From the sequence record DRR723986_8380: a stretch of DNA of 64,000 nucleotides; one strand, written 5' to 3'. The notes beneath the pieces were generated by a model. That model worked only from the letters and a program-made list of their open reading frames with translations. It made no database searches and was not told the origin of the DNA. How positions within the stretch are numbered: position 1 is the stretch's first letter; each line of letters opens with the position of its first letter. The translations under genes and the position numbers were made by a program. This document shows positions 19,180 to 30,119 of the stretch, piece after piece.

Positions 19180-20310
19180 TTGAATACTATAGATAAACAT
19201 AAAGACAAGGTTATTCTAATACCAGATGGTGAACACCCATTTCTTATGCGCGTTGTCCATTGCTTGGTAAAAATTAAACAACTTAAGGTAGTAATAATGT
19301 CTAATACAAGACATTTTCCAATGCGTTATTCGCGTTATATTAAAAACATAAAATTCGTTACATATAAAGATGAATTAGGGTTTATTAATTGCATAAATGA
19401 AATTGTCTCAAGTGACAGTGTTGATGTAATTATGCCAATAAGTGAAGAAGGCATAACATCAATTATTAAGCATCAAGATCTCATAGTTGCAAAGGAAAAA
19501 CTTGTTTATTTATCTGACATGGACACTTATATTCATGCCAAGGATAAATCTAAACTTTATAGACATCTTTTATTAAATAAAATACCACATCCCAAAACAA
19601 CCATTTATAATACCTCAGATGATAAGATAAATATTGAACCTTTAGATTTTCCAATTATTGCAAAACCTGCTATTGGATATGGTGGTGAGGGAATTGAAAT
19701 TTTAAAAAATATTGAAGAGGTCAAAAATTTTGAAGCTAAGAAAAAGTCCGTAAAGGTTTACGTGTTACAAGAATTTATTGAAGGATACGATATAGATTGT
19801 AGCTTGTTATGCAATGATGGAAAGATTAAAGCCTATACCATACAAAAGGGAATATTGTTTGGAAATCAGAAGTATGCGCCAGCAATAGGATTACAATTTT
19901 TAATTAATGATCGTTTATTAGAAGTTGTTAAACAACTAATGGAGTCATTAAAATGGTCAGGCGTGGCTCATATTGACTTAAGATATGACAAAGAAACAAG
20001 TGATTATAAAGTTATAGAGATAAATGGTAGATTCTGGAGTTCATTAGATGCCTCGGCAGCAGCAGGTGTTAATTTTCCCTATCTATATAGCTTAAAAGAG
20101 GATGAATTATTAAAATCAAAAATACTTTATAAGGAAATTCAATACTTAAATCTTAAAGGACTACTAAAAACAGTAGTAAAAAAACCTCAGCTTATTTTTA
20201 TGTACAAGTATTTAAAGAACAATACAGCATTACCACTTTTGATTAGCGATCCAATGCCATCTGTAATTATGTTGTTGAATAAATTAAAGCAGATTTTTCG
20301 CTTTGTTTAG
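19180..20310 (+). CDS. ATP-grasp domain protein
   Basis: DK..LY..L....IPHPKT, FPIIAKP...GGEG, LQEFIEG and IEINGRFWSS. Confidence 0.88.
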   Translation: MNTIDKHKDKVILIPDGEHPFLMRVVHCLVKIKQLKVVIMSNTRHFPMRYSRYIKNIKFVTYKDELGFINCINEIVSSDSVDVIMPISEEGITSIIKHQDLIVAKEKLVYLSDMDTYIHAKDKSKLYRHLLLNKIPHPKTTIYNTSDDKINIEPLDFPIIAKPAIGYGGEGIEILKNIEEVKNFEAKKKSVKVYVLQEFIEGYDIDCSLLCNDGKIKAYTIQKGILFGNQKYAPAIGLQFLINDRLLEVVKQLMESLKWSGVAHIDLRYDKETSDYKVIEINGRFWSSLDASAAAGVNFPYLYSLKEDELLKSKILYKEIQYLNLKGLLKTVVKKPQLIFMYKYLKNNTALPLLISDPMPSVIMLLNKLKQIFRFV

Positions 20311-21524
20311 GATTTTTTAACTCTGAATAATTTATTGAATCCACTATTGTTATAATAGAACAACATTACTGATACTAGACCACATACAAGAAAACCTATG
20401 AATAATGGCGTTACAGAATTATTTATAAACGAACCAATATAGTTAGCAATAGGTACAGCCATCACTGTAGAAATAAAACCATTTAATGCAGATCCTACAC
20501 CAGCAATATGTCCCATAGGTTCCATAGCAAGTGCTCGTAGATTTCCGAATAAGAATCCTATAGTAAAAAACTGTAGCGCAAAGAATATAATCAATATTTC
20601 AATTGATGGATTTGCACCTGTATTATAGATTAACAAAAATAGTAATGAAATAAATACATAGCTAAGCATAGCTACATGTACAATATTTTTCATTCCATAT
20701 TTTATCACCAGTTGACTATTCATAAACGTAGCTAATCCTACGGATATAGCTAAACTCGCAAAGATTAAAGGAAACTCTTCGGCAAGATTGTATTGCTTTT
20801 CAAAAATTTGCTGTGATGTACTTAAATACACCATAAACGAGCCAGTGATAAACCCTGAGAGCAACGTATAAATTACGGCGGATTTTATTCTAAAGAATTG
20901 TAGAGTACCAGTTTTAAAAATTTTAAGTCTATAGGGTATTCTATATTTTTCTTTTAGGGTTTCTGGCTGTCTTAACCAAAACCATAGCATTACTAAAACA
21001 CCAAATAAAAGAGTAAAAGTAAATATGAACTTCCACCCGTAATTATTCATTAAGAACTGACCGAGAGTAGGTGCAACAACTGGGACTAAAATGAATACCA
21101 TAACTACGATAGAAATAATCTTAGCCATATAATCACCTTCGTAAGAGTCTCTGATCATAGCAATGCACATGGTTCTTGGACAGGCCAGTCCTACACCTTG
21201 CAAGATTCTGCCAAAGATCATCATCTCAAAACTTTTTGTAGTGATACAAATAAATGAGGCAATCACAAATAGAACAAAACCTGCATAAACTATTGGTTTT
21301 CGACCAAAACTATCAGATAATGGTCCAAATATAAGTTGACCAAATCCAAGTCCTAAAAAAATAGACGTAATAAGTTTTGGGTTATCTAATGGGTTAGTAA
21401 CACTTAAATGATCACCAATCATTGGTAAGGCTGGTAAAACCGCATCTATAGATAAAGCCACTATAGACATAAGGGCTGCCATAAGGACTACAAATTCAAA
21501 TTGTGAACGGTTTTGGATTTTCAT
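20307..21524 (-). CDS. Bcr/CflA family multidrug MFS transporter
   Basis: ALSIDAVLPALP, GPLSDSFGRK and GRILQG. Start moved to ATG 21524, just downstream of a TACTTTTG element (21536-21529). Confidence 0.9.
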   Translation of the reverse strand: MKIQNRSQFEFVVLMAALMSIVALSIDAVLPALPMIGDHLSVTNPLDNPKLITSIFLGLGFGQLIFGPLSDSFGRKPIVYAGFVLFVIASFICITTKSFEMMIFGRILQGVGLACPRTMCIAMIRDSYEGDYMAKIISIVVMVFILVPVVAPTLGQFLMNNYGWKFIFTFTLLFGVLVMLWFWLRQPETLKEKYRIPYRLKIFKTGTLQFFRIKSAVIYTLLSGFITGSFMVYLSTSQQIFEKQYNLAEEFPLIFASLAISVGLATFMNSQLVIKYGMKNIVHVAMLSYVFISLLFLLIYNTGANPSIEILIIFFALQFFTIGFLFGNLRALAMEPMGHIAGVGSALNGFISTVMAVPIANYIGSFINNSVTPLFIGFLVCGLVSVMLFYYNNSGFNKLFRVKKS

Positions 21525-21572
21525 GGCGCAAAAGTACGGCAATATTTATCCTTTGCTATGTTAATTAGTTAT

Positions 21573-21607
21573 AAAAAAAAGACTCGTAAAATCTATTTAC
21601 GAGTCTT
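21573..21607 (-). terminator. intrinsic terminator of the carboxylase operon
   Basis: AAGACTCGTAAA/TTTACGAGTCTT 12-bp stem with an A8 run on the + strand. Confidence 0.8.
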
Positions 21608-21629
21608 GTTACTGTTAGTTAAAGAATAC

Positions 21630-23171
21630 CTATAAAGGAATATTTCCATGCTTTCGCTTAGGTTTGTTAACCTCTTTATTCTCAAGCATACTAAAAGCCT
21701 TAATTAATTTACGTCGTGTATTTTTTGGTAAAATGACTTCGTCAATATATCCACGCTCTGCAGCACTATATGGATTAGCGAAAAGTTCTGCATATTCAGC
21801 CTCTTTTTCTTTCCACTTCGCTTCTGGGTCCTCAGCTGCCATAATTTCACGTTTAAATATAATTTCAGCAGCACCTTTGGCACCCATTACTGCAATTTCT
21901 GCTTCGGGCCATGCAAAATTCATATCGGCACCAATGTGCTTAGAATTCATTACATCATAAGCACCACCATAAGCTTTTCTTGTAATAACAGTCACTCGTG
22001 GTACTGTAGCTTCACTAAAGGCATATAATAATTTTGCACCATTAGAAATAATACCGTTCCATTCTTGATCTGTGCCTGGTAAAAATCCAGGAACATCTTC
22101 TAATACCAATAATGGAATATTAAAACAATCGCAGAATCTCACGAAACGAGCTGCTTTTTTAGAACTCTTTACACCAAGAACACCTGCTAAGAACATGGGT
22201 TGATTGGCTACAATACCAATGCTTATTCCGCCTAAACGTGCAAAACCTACAATGATATTTTCTGCATAATCTTTGTGAATTTCATAGAACGAATCTTCAT
22301 CAATAATACCGCCAATGACATCGTGCATATCATATGGTTTGTTTGGATTGTCAGGAACAATTGTAGATAGACTTTCTCTTACTTCATCTTCAATATTAAA
22401 GTCTATATCTACTGGTTTTTCACGATTGCTCTGAGGTAAATAGCTAAGTAGTTTTTTAACATCTTCGAGACATTCTACGTCGTTGCCAGAAGTTTTATGA
22501 GCCACACCAGACTTCATGGAATGAACGGTTGCACCACCTAACTCTTCACTGGTTACTTCTTCGTTAGTTACTGTTTTAACCACGTTTGGTCCTGTTACAA
22601 ACATATAACTTGTATCCTGTACCATAATGGTAAAGTCCGTCATTGCAGGAGAATATACAGCACCACCAGCACAAGGTCCCATAATGGCGGAAATCTGTGG
22701 AATTACACCAGATGCCTGCACATTTCTGTAAAAAATATCGGCATAACCGCCTAAAGAACGTACACCTTCTTGAATACGCGCACCACCAGAATCATTTAAT
22801 CCTATAATTGGAGCACCCACATTTACAGCCATATCCATAATCTTACAGATCTTTTCTGCATGAGTCTCAGATAATGAACCGCCAAAAACCGTAAAATCTT
22901 GTGCAAAAACATAGACTAGTCGGCCATCTACAGTTCCATAACCTGTAATAACACCGTCACCATAAAACTTCTGATTTTCCATACCAAAATCTTTAGTCCT
23001 ATGAGTTACTAAAGCACCAATTTCTTCAAAAGAACCTTCGTCCAATAGATAGTTAACACGCTCTCTTGCCGTTAATTTCTTTTTTAGGTGTTGTTTGTCT
23101 ATACGAGCCTGACCACCACCTAATTTGGCTAACTCTAATTTTTCGTTTAGTGTTTTTATTTTTGAATCCAT
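21630..23171 (-). CDS. pccB: acyl-CoA (propionyl-CoA) carboxylase, carboxyltransferase beta subunit
   Basis: [35 protein letters not shown] and KHGNIPL. Confidence 0.92.
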   Translation of the reverse strand: MDSKIKTLNEKLELAKLGGGQARIDKQHLKKKLTARERVNYLLDEGSFEEIGALVTHRTKDFGMENQKFYGDGVITGYGTVDGRLVYVFAQDFTVFGGSLSETHAEKICKIMDMAVNVGAPIIGLNDSGGARIQEGVRSLGGYADIFYRNVQASGVIPQISAIMGPCAGGAVYSPAMTDFTIMVQDTSYMFVTGPNVVKTVTNEEVTSEELGGATVHSMKSGVAHKTSGNDVECLEDVKKLLSYLPQSNREKPVDIDFNIEDEVRESLSTIVPDNPNKPYDMHDVIGGIIDEDSFYEIHKDYAENIIVGFARLGGISIGIVANQPMFLAGVLGVKSSKKAARFVRFCDCFNIPLLVLEDVPGFLPGTDQEWNGIISNGAKLLYAFSEATVPRVTVITRKAYGGAYDVMNSKHIGADMNFAWPEAEIAVMGAKGAAEIIFKREIMAAEDPEAKWKEKEAEYAELFANPYSAAERGYIDEVILPKNTRRKLIKAFSMLENKEVNKPKRKHGNIPL

Positions 23172-23177
23172 AATATC

Positions 23178-24617
23178 TTAGTTTGGTAGTCTTAATAATT
23201 TTTGATCTTCTAAATAGCGTTTAAGAGCGATATGTGCAGCAACTTTAGCTTCTGCGTTATGCTGTGCTTCTAAAAGGCTAGGTGAGTAGTAGTTTTTTAC
23301 AAAATGAGTATCAAAATTACCGCTTTTAAAAGCCTCGTGTTCACAAACAAAACGACCAAAAGGCAATGTTGTCTCAACACCTTCTATATGATAGTTGTCA
23401 ATAGCCTTTATCATTAATTGTATCGCTTCATTTCGATCTTTACCATAAGTTATCAACTTAGAAAGCATTGGGTCATAATAGATAGGGATATCCATACCTT
23501 CTTCAAACCCATTATCTACTCTAATGCCTTCACCAACAGGTAATTTATAGGTTTCTAAATTACCTACACTTGGCAAGAAGTCATTCAATGGATCTTCAGC
23601 ATAAACACGTAGTTCTAGTGCATGACCATTGATTTTTAAGTCTTCTTGTTTGATTTGAAGTTCTTCACCTCTCGCAACCTTTATTTGAAGCTCAACTAGG
23701 TCTACACCAGCAATTATCTCAGAAACAGGATGTTCCACTTGTAATCTGGTATTCATTTCTAGAAAATAGAAATTATGATCTGCATCCATTAAAAACTCTA
23801 CAGTACCAGCACCTAAGTAATCACATGATTTGGCTACATTAATTGCTGCTTGTCCCATTTCTTCTCTCAGTTCAGGCGTTAATATAGAAGATGGAGCTTC
23901 TTCAACCACTTTTTGATGGCGACGCTGTATACTACATTCGCGCTCAAAGAAATGCAAAACATTTCCATGACTATCTGCCATTACTTGAATTTCTATATGT
24001 CTTGGTGAGCTCACGTATTTTTCAACAAAAACGGAACCATCACCAAAGGCAGAAGTCGCTTCACTGATAGCACGCTTCATTTGGTCTTCTACATCTTTTT
24101 CTTCTTCTACAACACGCATACCTTTTCCACCACCACCTGCTGCAGCTTTAATTAAAATAGGAAAGCCAATATCCTTGGCAATTTGTACGGCTTTTTTTGG
24201 GTCCGTAACTGCTCTATCTACGCCAGGCACCATAGGAATATTATAATCCTTAACTGAATCTTTGGCTGCTAATTTATCTCCCATCATTTGTATGGCTTTT
24301 GATCTTGGACCAATAAAAATGATATTGTTTTTTTCGCACAACTCAGCAAAATCAGCATTTTCACTTAAGAATCCATATCCAGGATGAATCCCATCTACCT
24401 GAAGTGATTTTGCAACTTCAATAATTTTATCTCCTTTTAAATACGATTGATTTGATGGTGCTGGGCCAATACATACGGCTTCATCAGCAAATTTTACATG
24501 TGGAGCATGTCGGTCTACTTCAGAAAATACGGCGACCGTTTTTATGCCCATTTTCTTTGCGGTTTGCATAACTCTAATGGCTATTTCGCCACGGTTTGCA
24601 ACTAATATCTTTTGCAT
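23178..24617 (-). CDS. accC: biotin carboxylase subunit
   Basis: ANRGEIA, HPGYGFLSEN, GGGGKGMR, ERECSIQRRHQK and EMNTRLQVEH. Confidence 0.92.
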   Translation of the reverse strand: MQKILVANRGEIAIRVMQTAKKMGIKTVAVFSEVDRHAPHVKFADEAVCIGPAPSNQSYLKGDKIIEVAKSLQVDGIHPGYGFLSENADFAELCEKNNIIFIGPRSKAIQMMGDKLAAKDSVKDYNIPMVPGVDRAVTDPKKAVQIAKDIGFPILIKAAAGGGGKGMRVVEEEKDVEDQMKRAISEATSAFGDGSVFVEKYVSSPRHIEIQVMADSHGNVLHFFERECSIQRRHQKVVEEAPSSILTPELREEMGQAAINVAKSCDYLGAGTVEFLMDADHNFYFLEMNTRLQVEHPVSEIIAGVDLVELQIKVARGEELQIKQEDLKINGHALELRVYAEDPLNDFLPSVGNLETYKLPVGEGIRVDNGFEEGMDIPIYYDPMLSKLITYGKDRNEAIQLMIKAIDNYHIEGVETTLPFGRFVCEHEAFKSGNFDTHFVKNYYSPSLLEAQHNAEAKVAAHIALKRYLEDQKLLRLPN

Positions 24618-24618
24618 A

Positions 24619-25095
24619 TTATTCGAATTCGATTAATAATTTATTTTTATCTACAGTATCACCTTTAGCCACAATAATTGTTTTGATAACACCATCTCTT
24701 GGAGAGGTTATAACGTTTTCCATTTTCATAGCTTCAAGAATAAGTAGTGCGTCATCTTCTTTTACGTCGTCTCCCACTTTTACATTAATCTCAAGTATTA
24801 ATCCTGGCATTGGTGCCTTGATAGAATTGACACGTTTTAGTGCGCCTAAAGAAAAGCCCATAGCATCAATACGTTGGTCTAGTGTGTCTAATATTTTAAC
24901 CTTATAGGTATTGTTATTTACACTGACCTCATAATACTTAGAATTGTAGATTGAAGCTGCTAATTCTGCTTTGGTAGATTTATGTTTTTCAAGGATGTGA
25001 TAATTGTCTTTTGAAGTTTCAATAATGTCTAGTCCATCAACGGTTTCTTCAGTAATTTCAAACTGTTGAGAGTCATTAACTTTTACTTTATACAT
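24619..25095 (-). CDS. biotin carboxyl carrier protein
   Basis: APMPG and EAMKMEN biotinylation motif. Confidence 0.93.
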   Translation of the reverse strand: MYKVKVNDSQQFEITEETVDGLDIIETSKDNYHILEKHKSTKAELAASIYNSKYYEVSVNNNTYKVKILDTLDQRIDAMGFSLGALKRVNSIKAPMPGLILEINVKVGDDVKEDDALLILEAMKMENVITSPRDGVIKTIIVAKGDTVDKNKLLIEFE

Positions 25096-25173
25096 ATGTA
25101 ACTGTTTTTAAAAAGTTGGTATAAAAATCTTAACAAAATTATACATTAAATAGTGTCGATTATATGAATATTA

Positions 25174-25848
25174 TCATGTTTTAAAATGAGATTTCTCTTG
25201 GTGAATTCGTATTGCTTTTCTTGAAAATATAACTCCTATAATTAAGGAGATGAAGGCGCCAATTGAAATACCAGGAATAAATCTGATAAATAGAAAGAAA
25301 TCATAAGCGCCATGGAACAATACAGCTAAAAATAAACCAGCCATATTAAGTTTAAATCAGTTGTTAGAGAACTTGGCTTTACCCATATAATAACCCATTA
25401 AAATTCCGAATGTAGCATGTGCTGGTACAGCAGTAAACGCTCGCATTATTGCCACTTCATAACCTCCTTCTAAAACGTAAAGAATATTTTCTGTACATGC
25501 AAAACCCATAGATACCATAACGGCATAGATAATACCATCCTAAGGTTCATTAAATGCTTGGCGTGTTTGCGCGAAGTATTTTACAATGACATACTTGCTA
25601 AATTCTTCAGACAATGCCACTACAACAAAGGCTTGGGTAAATTGTTGCCATACGCTAAATTCATCTGTGACAGGAATAAAATGCCCAGTAAACAAATAAA
25701 TTATCGATACGATAATAATACTTAAAATAGCACCAAATAAGAAACTAAGCAGTAATAATCCTGCAGGTTCTTTTTCGTATTTGTCTTGTATATAGATATA
25801 GACAAGAATTGCCAAAACAGGTGCAACAGCGCAAAATATTAAACTCAT
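25174..25848 (-). pseudogene. PrsW family intramembrane metalloprotease with two in-frame stops
   Basis: EEFSKY before the TAG at 25542-25540. The same frame continues DGIIYAV..GFACTEN..RAFTAVPAHA, then TGA at 25359-25357, then FHGAYDF, ending at TGA 25176-25174. Confidence 0.85.
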
Positions 25849-26402
25849 GTATTTAAAATTTCTTTAATGGCTTTCATCACAAAATAGTAATAGTCTCTAT
25901 TAGTTGAAACGAAATGACTATTGGTTTCACTATTTGACAGCAAATCTTCAAATTCATTTAAAGATACTAGTTTTAAAGCTTCAACTTCATCTTCCTGAGG
26001 TTTGAGATTTTTTAAATCTTTATGTAATTCTGCGATATAAACTTGATGAAATTCAAAATCCTTTATAGCGCCATCATTATATACAGATTCGTGTAATTTT
26101 ACACCAATCTTTATAAGATTCTCTGGCTTTAGAAAAAGTCCTATTTCTTCTTGAGTTTCTCTTAGCGCAGCTTCAATAAATGATTCTCCGGCATCAATAT
26201 GTCCTGCGACTGAAACATCCCAAAGTAAAGGATAAATAGCTTTTTTGTGAGAGCGCTGTTGTAATAAAATTTCAGCATTTTTGGTGTATAACCATAAATG
26301 GATAGTGTTGTGATACCACCCGTTTTTATGAGCTTCGGATTTTAAGGCTGATTTACCTGTAGAATTACCAAAGCGGTCAACAATATCTATATATTCGTCC
26401 AT
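25845..26402 (-). CDS. NUDIX hydrolase (IPP isomerase-like)
   Basis: LLQQRS..K..YP..WD.SVAGH and Nudix box GESFIEAALRETQEEIG. Confidence 0.88.
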   Translation of the reverse strand: MDEYIDIVDRFGNSTGKSALKSEAHKNGWYHNTIHLWLYTKNAEILLQQRSHKKAIYPLLWDVSVAGHIDAGESFIEAALRETQEEIGLFLKPENLIKIGVKLHESVYNDGAIKDFEFHQVYIAELHKDLKNLKPQEDEVEALKLVSLNEFEDLLSNSETNSHFVSTNRDYYYFVMKAIKEILNT

Positions 26403-26406
26403 TAAT

Positions 26407-26444
26407 AAAAAAAGACTTCAAGGTTTAATTTCCCTTGAGGTCTT
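26407..26444 (-). terminator. putative intrinsic terminator
   Basis: AAGACTTCAAGG/CCTTGAGGTCTT stem with an A-run on the + strand. Confidence 0.6.
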
Positions 26445-26452
26445 ATGTTTTT

Positions 26453-27541
26453 TTATTTAAAATAACTAAATGTTTCTCCGTCTTCAATTTTTAAAAGTGA
26501 TTCGTAAATCAATTTAATCACATTTTCTACATCACTCTTATGTACCATTTCTACTGTTGTATGCATGTAGCGTAATGGTAATGATATAAGAGCAGATGCC
26601 ACACCACCATTACTATAAGCAAATGCATCTGTATCAGTACCAGTCGCTCTAGATAATGCTGCACGTTGAAACGGAATTTTCTTTTCCTCAGCAGTATCCG
26701 TTATTAAATCTCGCAATTTTTGTTGTACTGCAGGAGCATATGCAATAACAGGGCCTTTTCCAATCTCAGCATAACCTTGTTTCTTTTGGTCTATCATTGG
26801 AGTAGTAGTATCATGAGTTACATCTGTAACGATAGCTACATTTGGCTGAATGGTTTCTGTAATCATTTGTGCACCTCTTAGTCCAATTTCTTCTTGTACT
26901 GAGTTAGTGACGTATAATCCAAAGGGTAATGATTTTTTGTTTTCATGCAATAATCGCGCGACTTCAGCAATCATAAAGCCACCCATCCTATTATCTAATG
27001 CGCGACAAACAAACTTATCTCCATTTAAAATATGAAACTCATCAGGATAGGTAATAACACAGCCTACATGAACTCCCATTTTTTCGACTTCTTTCTTATC
27101 CTTTGCGCCAATGTCAATACAGATATTATCTGGTTTCGGTGGTTCTTCTTTAGATCTGTTTCTAGTATGTATTGCAGGCCAACCAAATACACCCTTTACA
27201 ATTCCTTTTTTGGTATGAATATTTACCACCTTACTTGGTGCAATCTGGTGATCACTTCCGCCATTTCTAACAACATATAGTAACCCTTTTTCTGAAATAT
27301 AATTAACATACCACGAAATTTCATCGGCATGTCCTTCAATTACAACTTTGTATTTGGCTTTTGGATTAATTACGGCTACCGCTGTACCATAAGTGTCAGT
27401 AATAAACTCATCAACATAGGGTTTAAGGTAATCCATCCAAAGTTTCTGCCCATCCCATTCATATCCGGTTGGAGAGGCATTATTTAAATATTTCTCTAAA
27501 AAGTCCATAGACTTTTTGGTCAATAACTGCTTTTTTGCCAT
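26453..27541 (-). CDS. M42 family metallopeptidase
   Basis: GHADEI, ALDNR, VQEEIGLRGA, GTDTD and LRYMHT. Confidence 0.92.
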   Translation of the reverse strand: MAKKQLLTKKSMDFLEKYLNNASPTGYEWDGQKLWMDYLKPYVDEFITDTYGTAVAVINPKAKYKVVIEGHADEISWYVNYISEKGLLYVVRNGGSDHQIAPSKVVNIHTKKGIVKGVFGWPAIHTRNRSKEEPPKPDNICIDIGAKDKKEVEKMGVHVGCVITYPDEFHILNGDKFVCRALDNRMGGFMIAEVARLLHENKKSLPFGLYVTNSVQEEIGLRGAQMITETIQPNVAIVTDVTHDTTTPMIDQKKQGYAEIGKGPVIAYAPAVQQKLRDLITDTAEEKKIPFQRAALSRATGTDTDAFAYSNGGVASALISLPLRYMHTTVEMVHKSDVENVIKLIYESLLKIEDGETFSYFK

Positions 27542-27666
27542 GTGTAAAAATTTTTCCTTAAAAATAATAATATTAATACGATTTTGAGGTTAGTGGTAGT
27601 ATTAATTCTTAATTTTGAAATCAATCAGGATTGTGACACTTTGGAACGATTTTGGTGTTATTTAAT

Positions 27667-28365
27667 ATGTTGAAAATCTTAACACTTATACTTGCTTTCT
27701 TTTCAGTGTCTATAATGGCACAAGTAGATCCTGTAAAACAAGATTCTACACAGGTAGAGTACATCATAATTGAGGGTGATTCTATACCAAGAACAGCTAT
27801 AGATTTGGATGAAATTTATGTTTTACCAAATTTAGAATTTGAAAATAAAGCCGCCAGAATTAGATATATTGTTTTAAGACGAAAAACTTTAAAAGTTTAT
27901 CCTTATGCCAAATTGGCTGCGGAACGGTTAGAAGCACTTCAAAAACGACTTGATGAATTAAAACGTAAGCGCGATAAGAAGCGTTATGCTAAAATTATTC
28001 AAAAATATATTGAAGATGAATTTTCTGCCGAACTAAAAAAATTGACTAAAACCGAAGGGCAGATATTAGTTAAACTTATACATCGCCAAACTGGTAAAAC
28101 TACATTTCAATTGATTAAAGAATTACGTAGTGGATGGCGCGCATTTTGGTTTAATAACACGGCGAGTTTATTTGATATCTCTTTAAAAAAGGAATTCATT
28201 CCCATAGAGGCGGAGGAAGATTATCTTATTGAAGATATTTTACAACGTGCGTTTCAGAATGAACAGTTAGAACGTCAAAACCCAGCTTTTGATATCGATT
28301 ATTATGCATGTGTTAATAAATGGGCTAAGCCAAATAAAAAATCTAAAGTCAAGTCTAAACAATAA
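27667..28365 (+). CDS. DUF4294 family protein
   Basis: KVYPYAK and LKKLTKTEGQILVKLIHRQTG; ATG at 27667 preferred because it gives a signal peptide. Confidence 0.8.
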   Translation: MLKILTLILAFFSVSIMAQVDPVKQDSTQVEYIIIEGDSIPRTAIDLDEIYVLPNLEFENKAARIRYIVLRRKTLKVYPYAKLAAERLEALQKRLDELKRKRDKKRYAKIIQKYIEDEFSAELKKLTKTEGQILVKLIHRQTGKTTFQLIKELRSGWRAFWFNNTASLFDISLKKEFIPIEAEEDYLIEDILQRAFQNEQLERQNPAFDIDYYACVNKWAKPNKKSKVKSKQ

Positions 28366-28992
28366 ATGCGTACTCAAACAAAACTTGAAGAACAACTAAA
28401 CGCATGGTCTCATGGTATAGGTGCAGCCTTAGGAATTACAGCCCTTGTCTTACTTATAATCTATTCTGATAGTTCTAAATCTTGGAGTTTATTCAGTGTT
28501 ATTGTTTATGGTATTTCAATAATTATTCTCTTTCTGGCATCTACGTTTTATCATGCCGTAAAAGGGGAGAAGCTTAAGCATTATTTTAGAATTGTAGATC
28601 ACGTTAGTATTTACTTGCTTATTGCTGGTACATATACACCAGTATTATTAATTAGCTTAACAGAAAGTTTAGGATGGACATTATTTTGGGTAGTTTGGGG
28701 AATTGCAGGTTTTGGAGTTATACTGAAACTCTTTTTTACAGGTCGTTTCGAAGTGTTTTCTACCTTATTATATTTGGTAATGGGTTGGTTGATTGTTTTT
28801 GATTTTAGCAATTTATCTGATGCTATTGGACCAAATGGTGTTTTATGGCTTTTTGCGGGAGGATTATCTTATACTGTAGGGATTATTTTTTATGCTATAC
28901 AGCGTATTCCTTACAATCATGTGATATGGCATTTGTTTGTTCTAGGAGGAGCCATTTGCCATTTCTTTATGATTTTTTTACACGTAATCTAA
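28366..28992 (+). CDS. hemolysin III / PAQR family membrane protein
   Basis: NAWSHG, STFYH, DHVSIYLLIAGTYTP and HVIWHLFV. Confidence 0.92.
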   Translation: MRTQTKLEEQLNAWSHGIGAALGITALVLLIIYSDSSKSWSLFSVIVYGISIIILFLASTFYHAVKGEKLKHYFRIVDHVSIYLLIAGTYTPVLLISLTESLGWTLFWVVWGIAGFGVILKLFFTGRFEVFSTLLYLVMGWLIVFDFSNLSDAIGPNGVLWLFAGGLSYTVGIIFYAIQRIPYNHVIWHLFVLGGAICHFFMIFLHVI

Positions 28993-29007
28993 GGATAAAA
29001 TAGCTTT

Positions 29008-29436
29008 TCAAGTTTTAATAATATCCTTGTACTCTTCAAAAAAAGTCTCAAATAAAATCATATTTACATTAAAGAATTCCATTACCTCCCTCCAAGTGTT
29101 TTTATTATGAATAGAGACCTTTTGCTCTAGTGGAATATAAATACGAGAAATTTCTTTTCCGTTATCTAAGAAATATTCCTCTTCATAAATTGCTTCTGGT
29201 AAGTACTCTGAGTGTAAAATAGTCTTTAGTGCCACTAATTTTTCCCAACAATTGATTCGATTTTCTAAATCATCTTCCAAATCAAGACTAATAAGTGCAG
29301 ATTTAGTGTTAAAATGGAATTTAAAAGACAGTCCTTTAATTTTAGTATTGTACAACAACCATTTTCTTGGAAATGACTTACCGAAACTGGTCCAAAAGTC
29401 TTGTCTTAATAAGCGAGATTCTTCTTTTGAGAACAT
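29008..29436 (-). CDS. DUF4268-like protein
   Basis: MFSKEES...FWTSFGK..PRKWLLYNTKIK pattern. Confidence 0.7.
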   Translation of the reverse strand: MFSKEESRLLRQDFWTSFGKSFPRKWLLYNTKIKGLSFKFHFNTKSALISLDLEDDLENRINCWEKLVALKTILHSEYLPEAIYEEEYFLDNGKEISRIYIPLEQKVSIHNKNTWREVMEFFNVNMILFETFFEEYKDIIKT

Positions 29437-30111
29437 TTAAATAAAATAAGCAATCAACACACCCAAGCAAATGGCTACAAGTTTAGATAAATTAAATTTA
29501 TGACCTTCACCTGTTTCAAATAAAATGGTGGTTGATATATGAAGAAATATACCAATAACTATTGCACTAATGGTATCTACATAAGGAGCGACAGCCACTG
29601 TGTTATTTGAAATTATAGTGCCTAATGGCGTCATAGCTGCAAATACAACCAAGAAGCTTATAATTTGTAGTTTGGAATACTTGGATTGAATTAAAAAAGC
29701 TGTAATTAATGCCGCAATCGGGATTTTATGGATAAATACACCATACATCATATCGTTGTGCTGGTGAATTGGGAATCCTTCTAAAAAGCTATGAATACAT
29801 AAACTAATAAAAAGTAACCAAGGAAATTGTGTATCATGTTTATGAATATGTACATGTCCATGTTCTGCACCCTTAGAGAAAAACTCTAAAATAATCTGAA
29901 GCAAAATACCACACATAATAAAAAGTCCGGTTTGTTTAGCTTCAAGATGCTCATAAACTTCTGGTAATAAATCAAAAAGTGTAAGTGCTAATAAAAATGC
30001 ACCACTGAATGAAAGCAACAGTTTTGTGCCAATAGATTTTTGCTTTTTAGTTAAAAAGGCAATGGCAACTCCCATGAGGATAGCATATACAGGAAAAAGA
30101 TACTTATTCAA
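29437..30111 (-). CDS. ZIP family metal transporter
   Basis: LLPE, His-rich loop EHGHVHIHKH, HSFLEG and HKIP. Confidence 0.9.
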   Translation of the reverse strand: MNKYLFPVYAILMGVAIAFLTKKQKSIGTKLLLSFSGAFLLALTLFDLLPEVYEHLEAKQTGLFIMCGILLQIILEFFSKGAEHGHVHIHKHDTQFPWLLFISLCIHSFLEGFPIHQHNDMMYGVFIHKIPIAALITAFLIQSKYSKLQIISFLVVFAAMTPLGTIISNNTVAVAPYVDTISAIVIGIFLHISTTILFETGEGHKFNLSKLVAICLGVLIAYFI

Positions 30112-30119
30112 AACCAGTG

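Noticed and set aside
3860-25542. Stop-codon recoding as the explanation for internal stops
   Set aside because: The internal stops include TAA, TAG and TGA, frameshifts also occur, and intact genes here terminate with all three codons.
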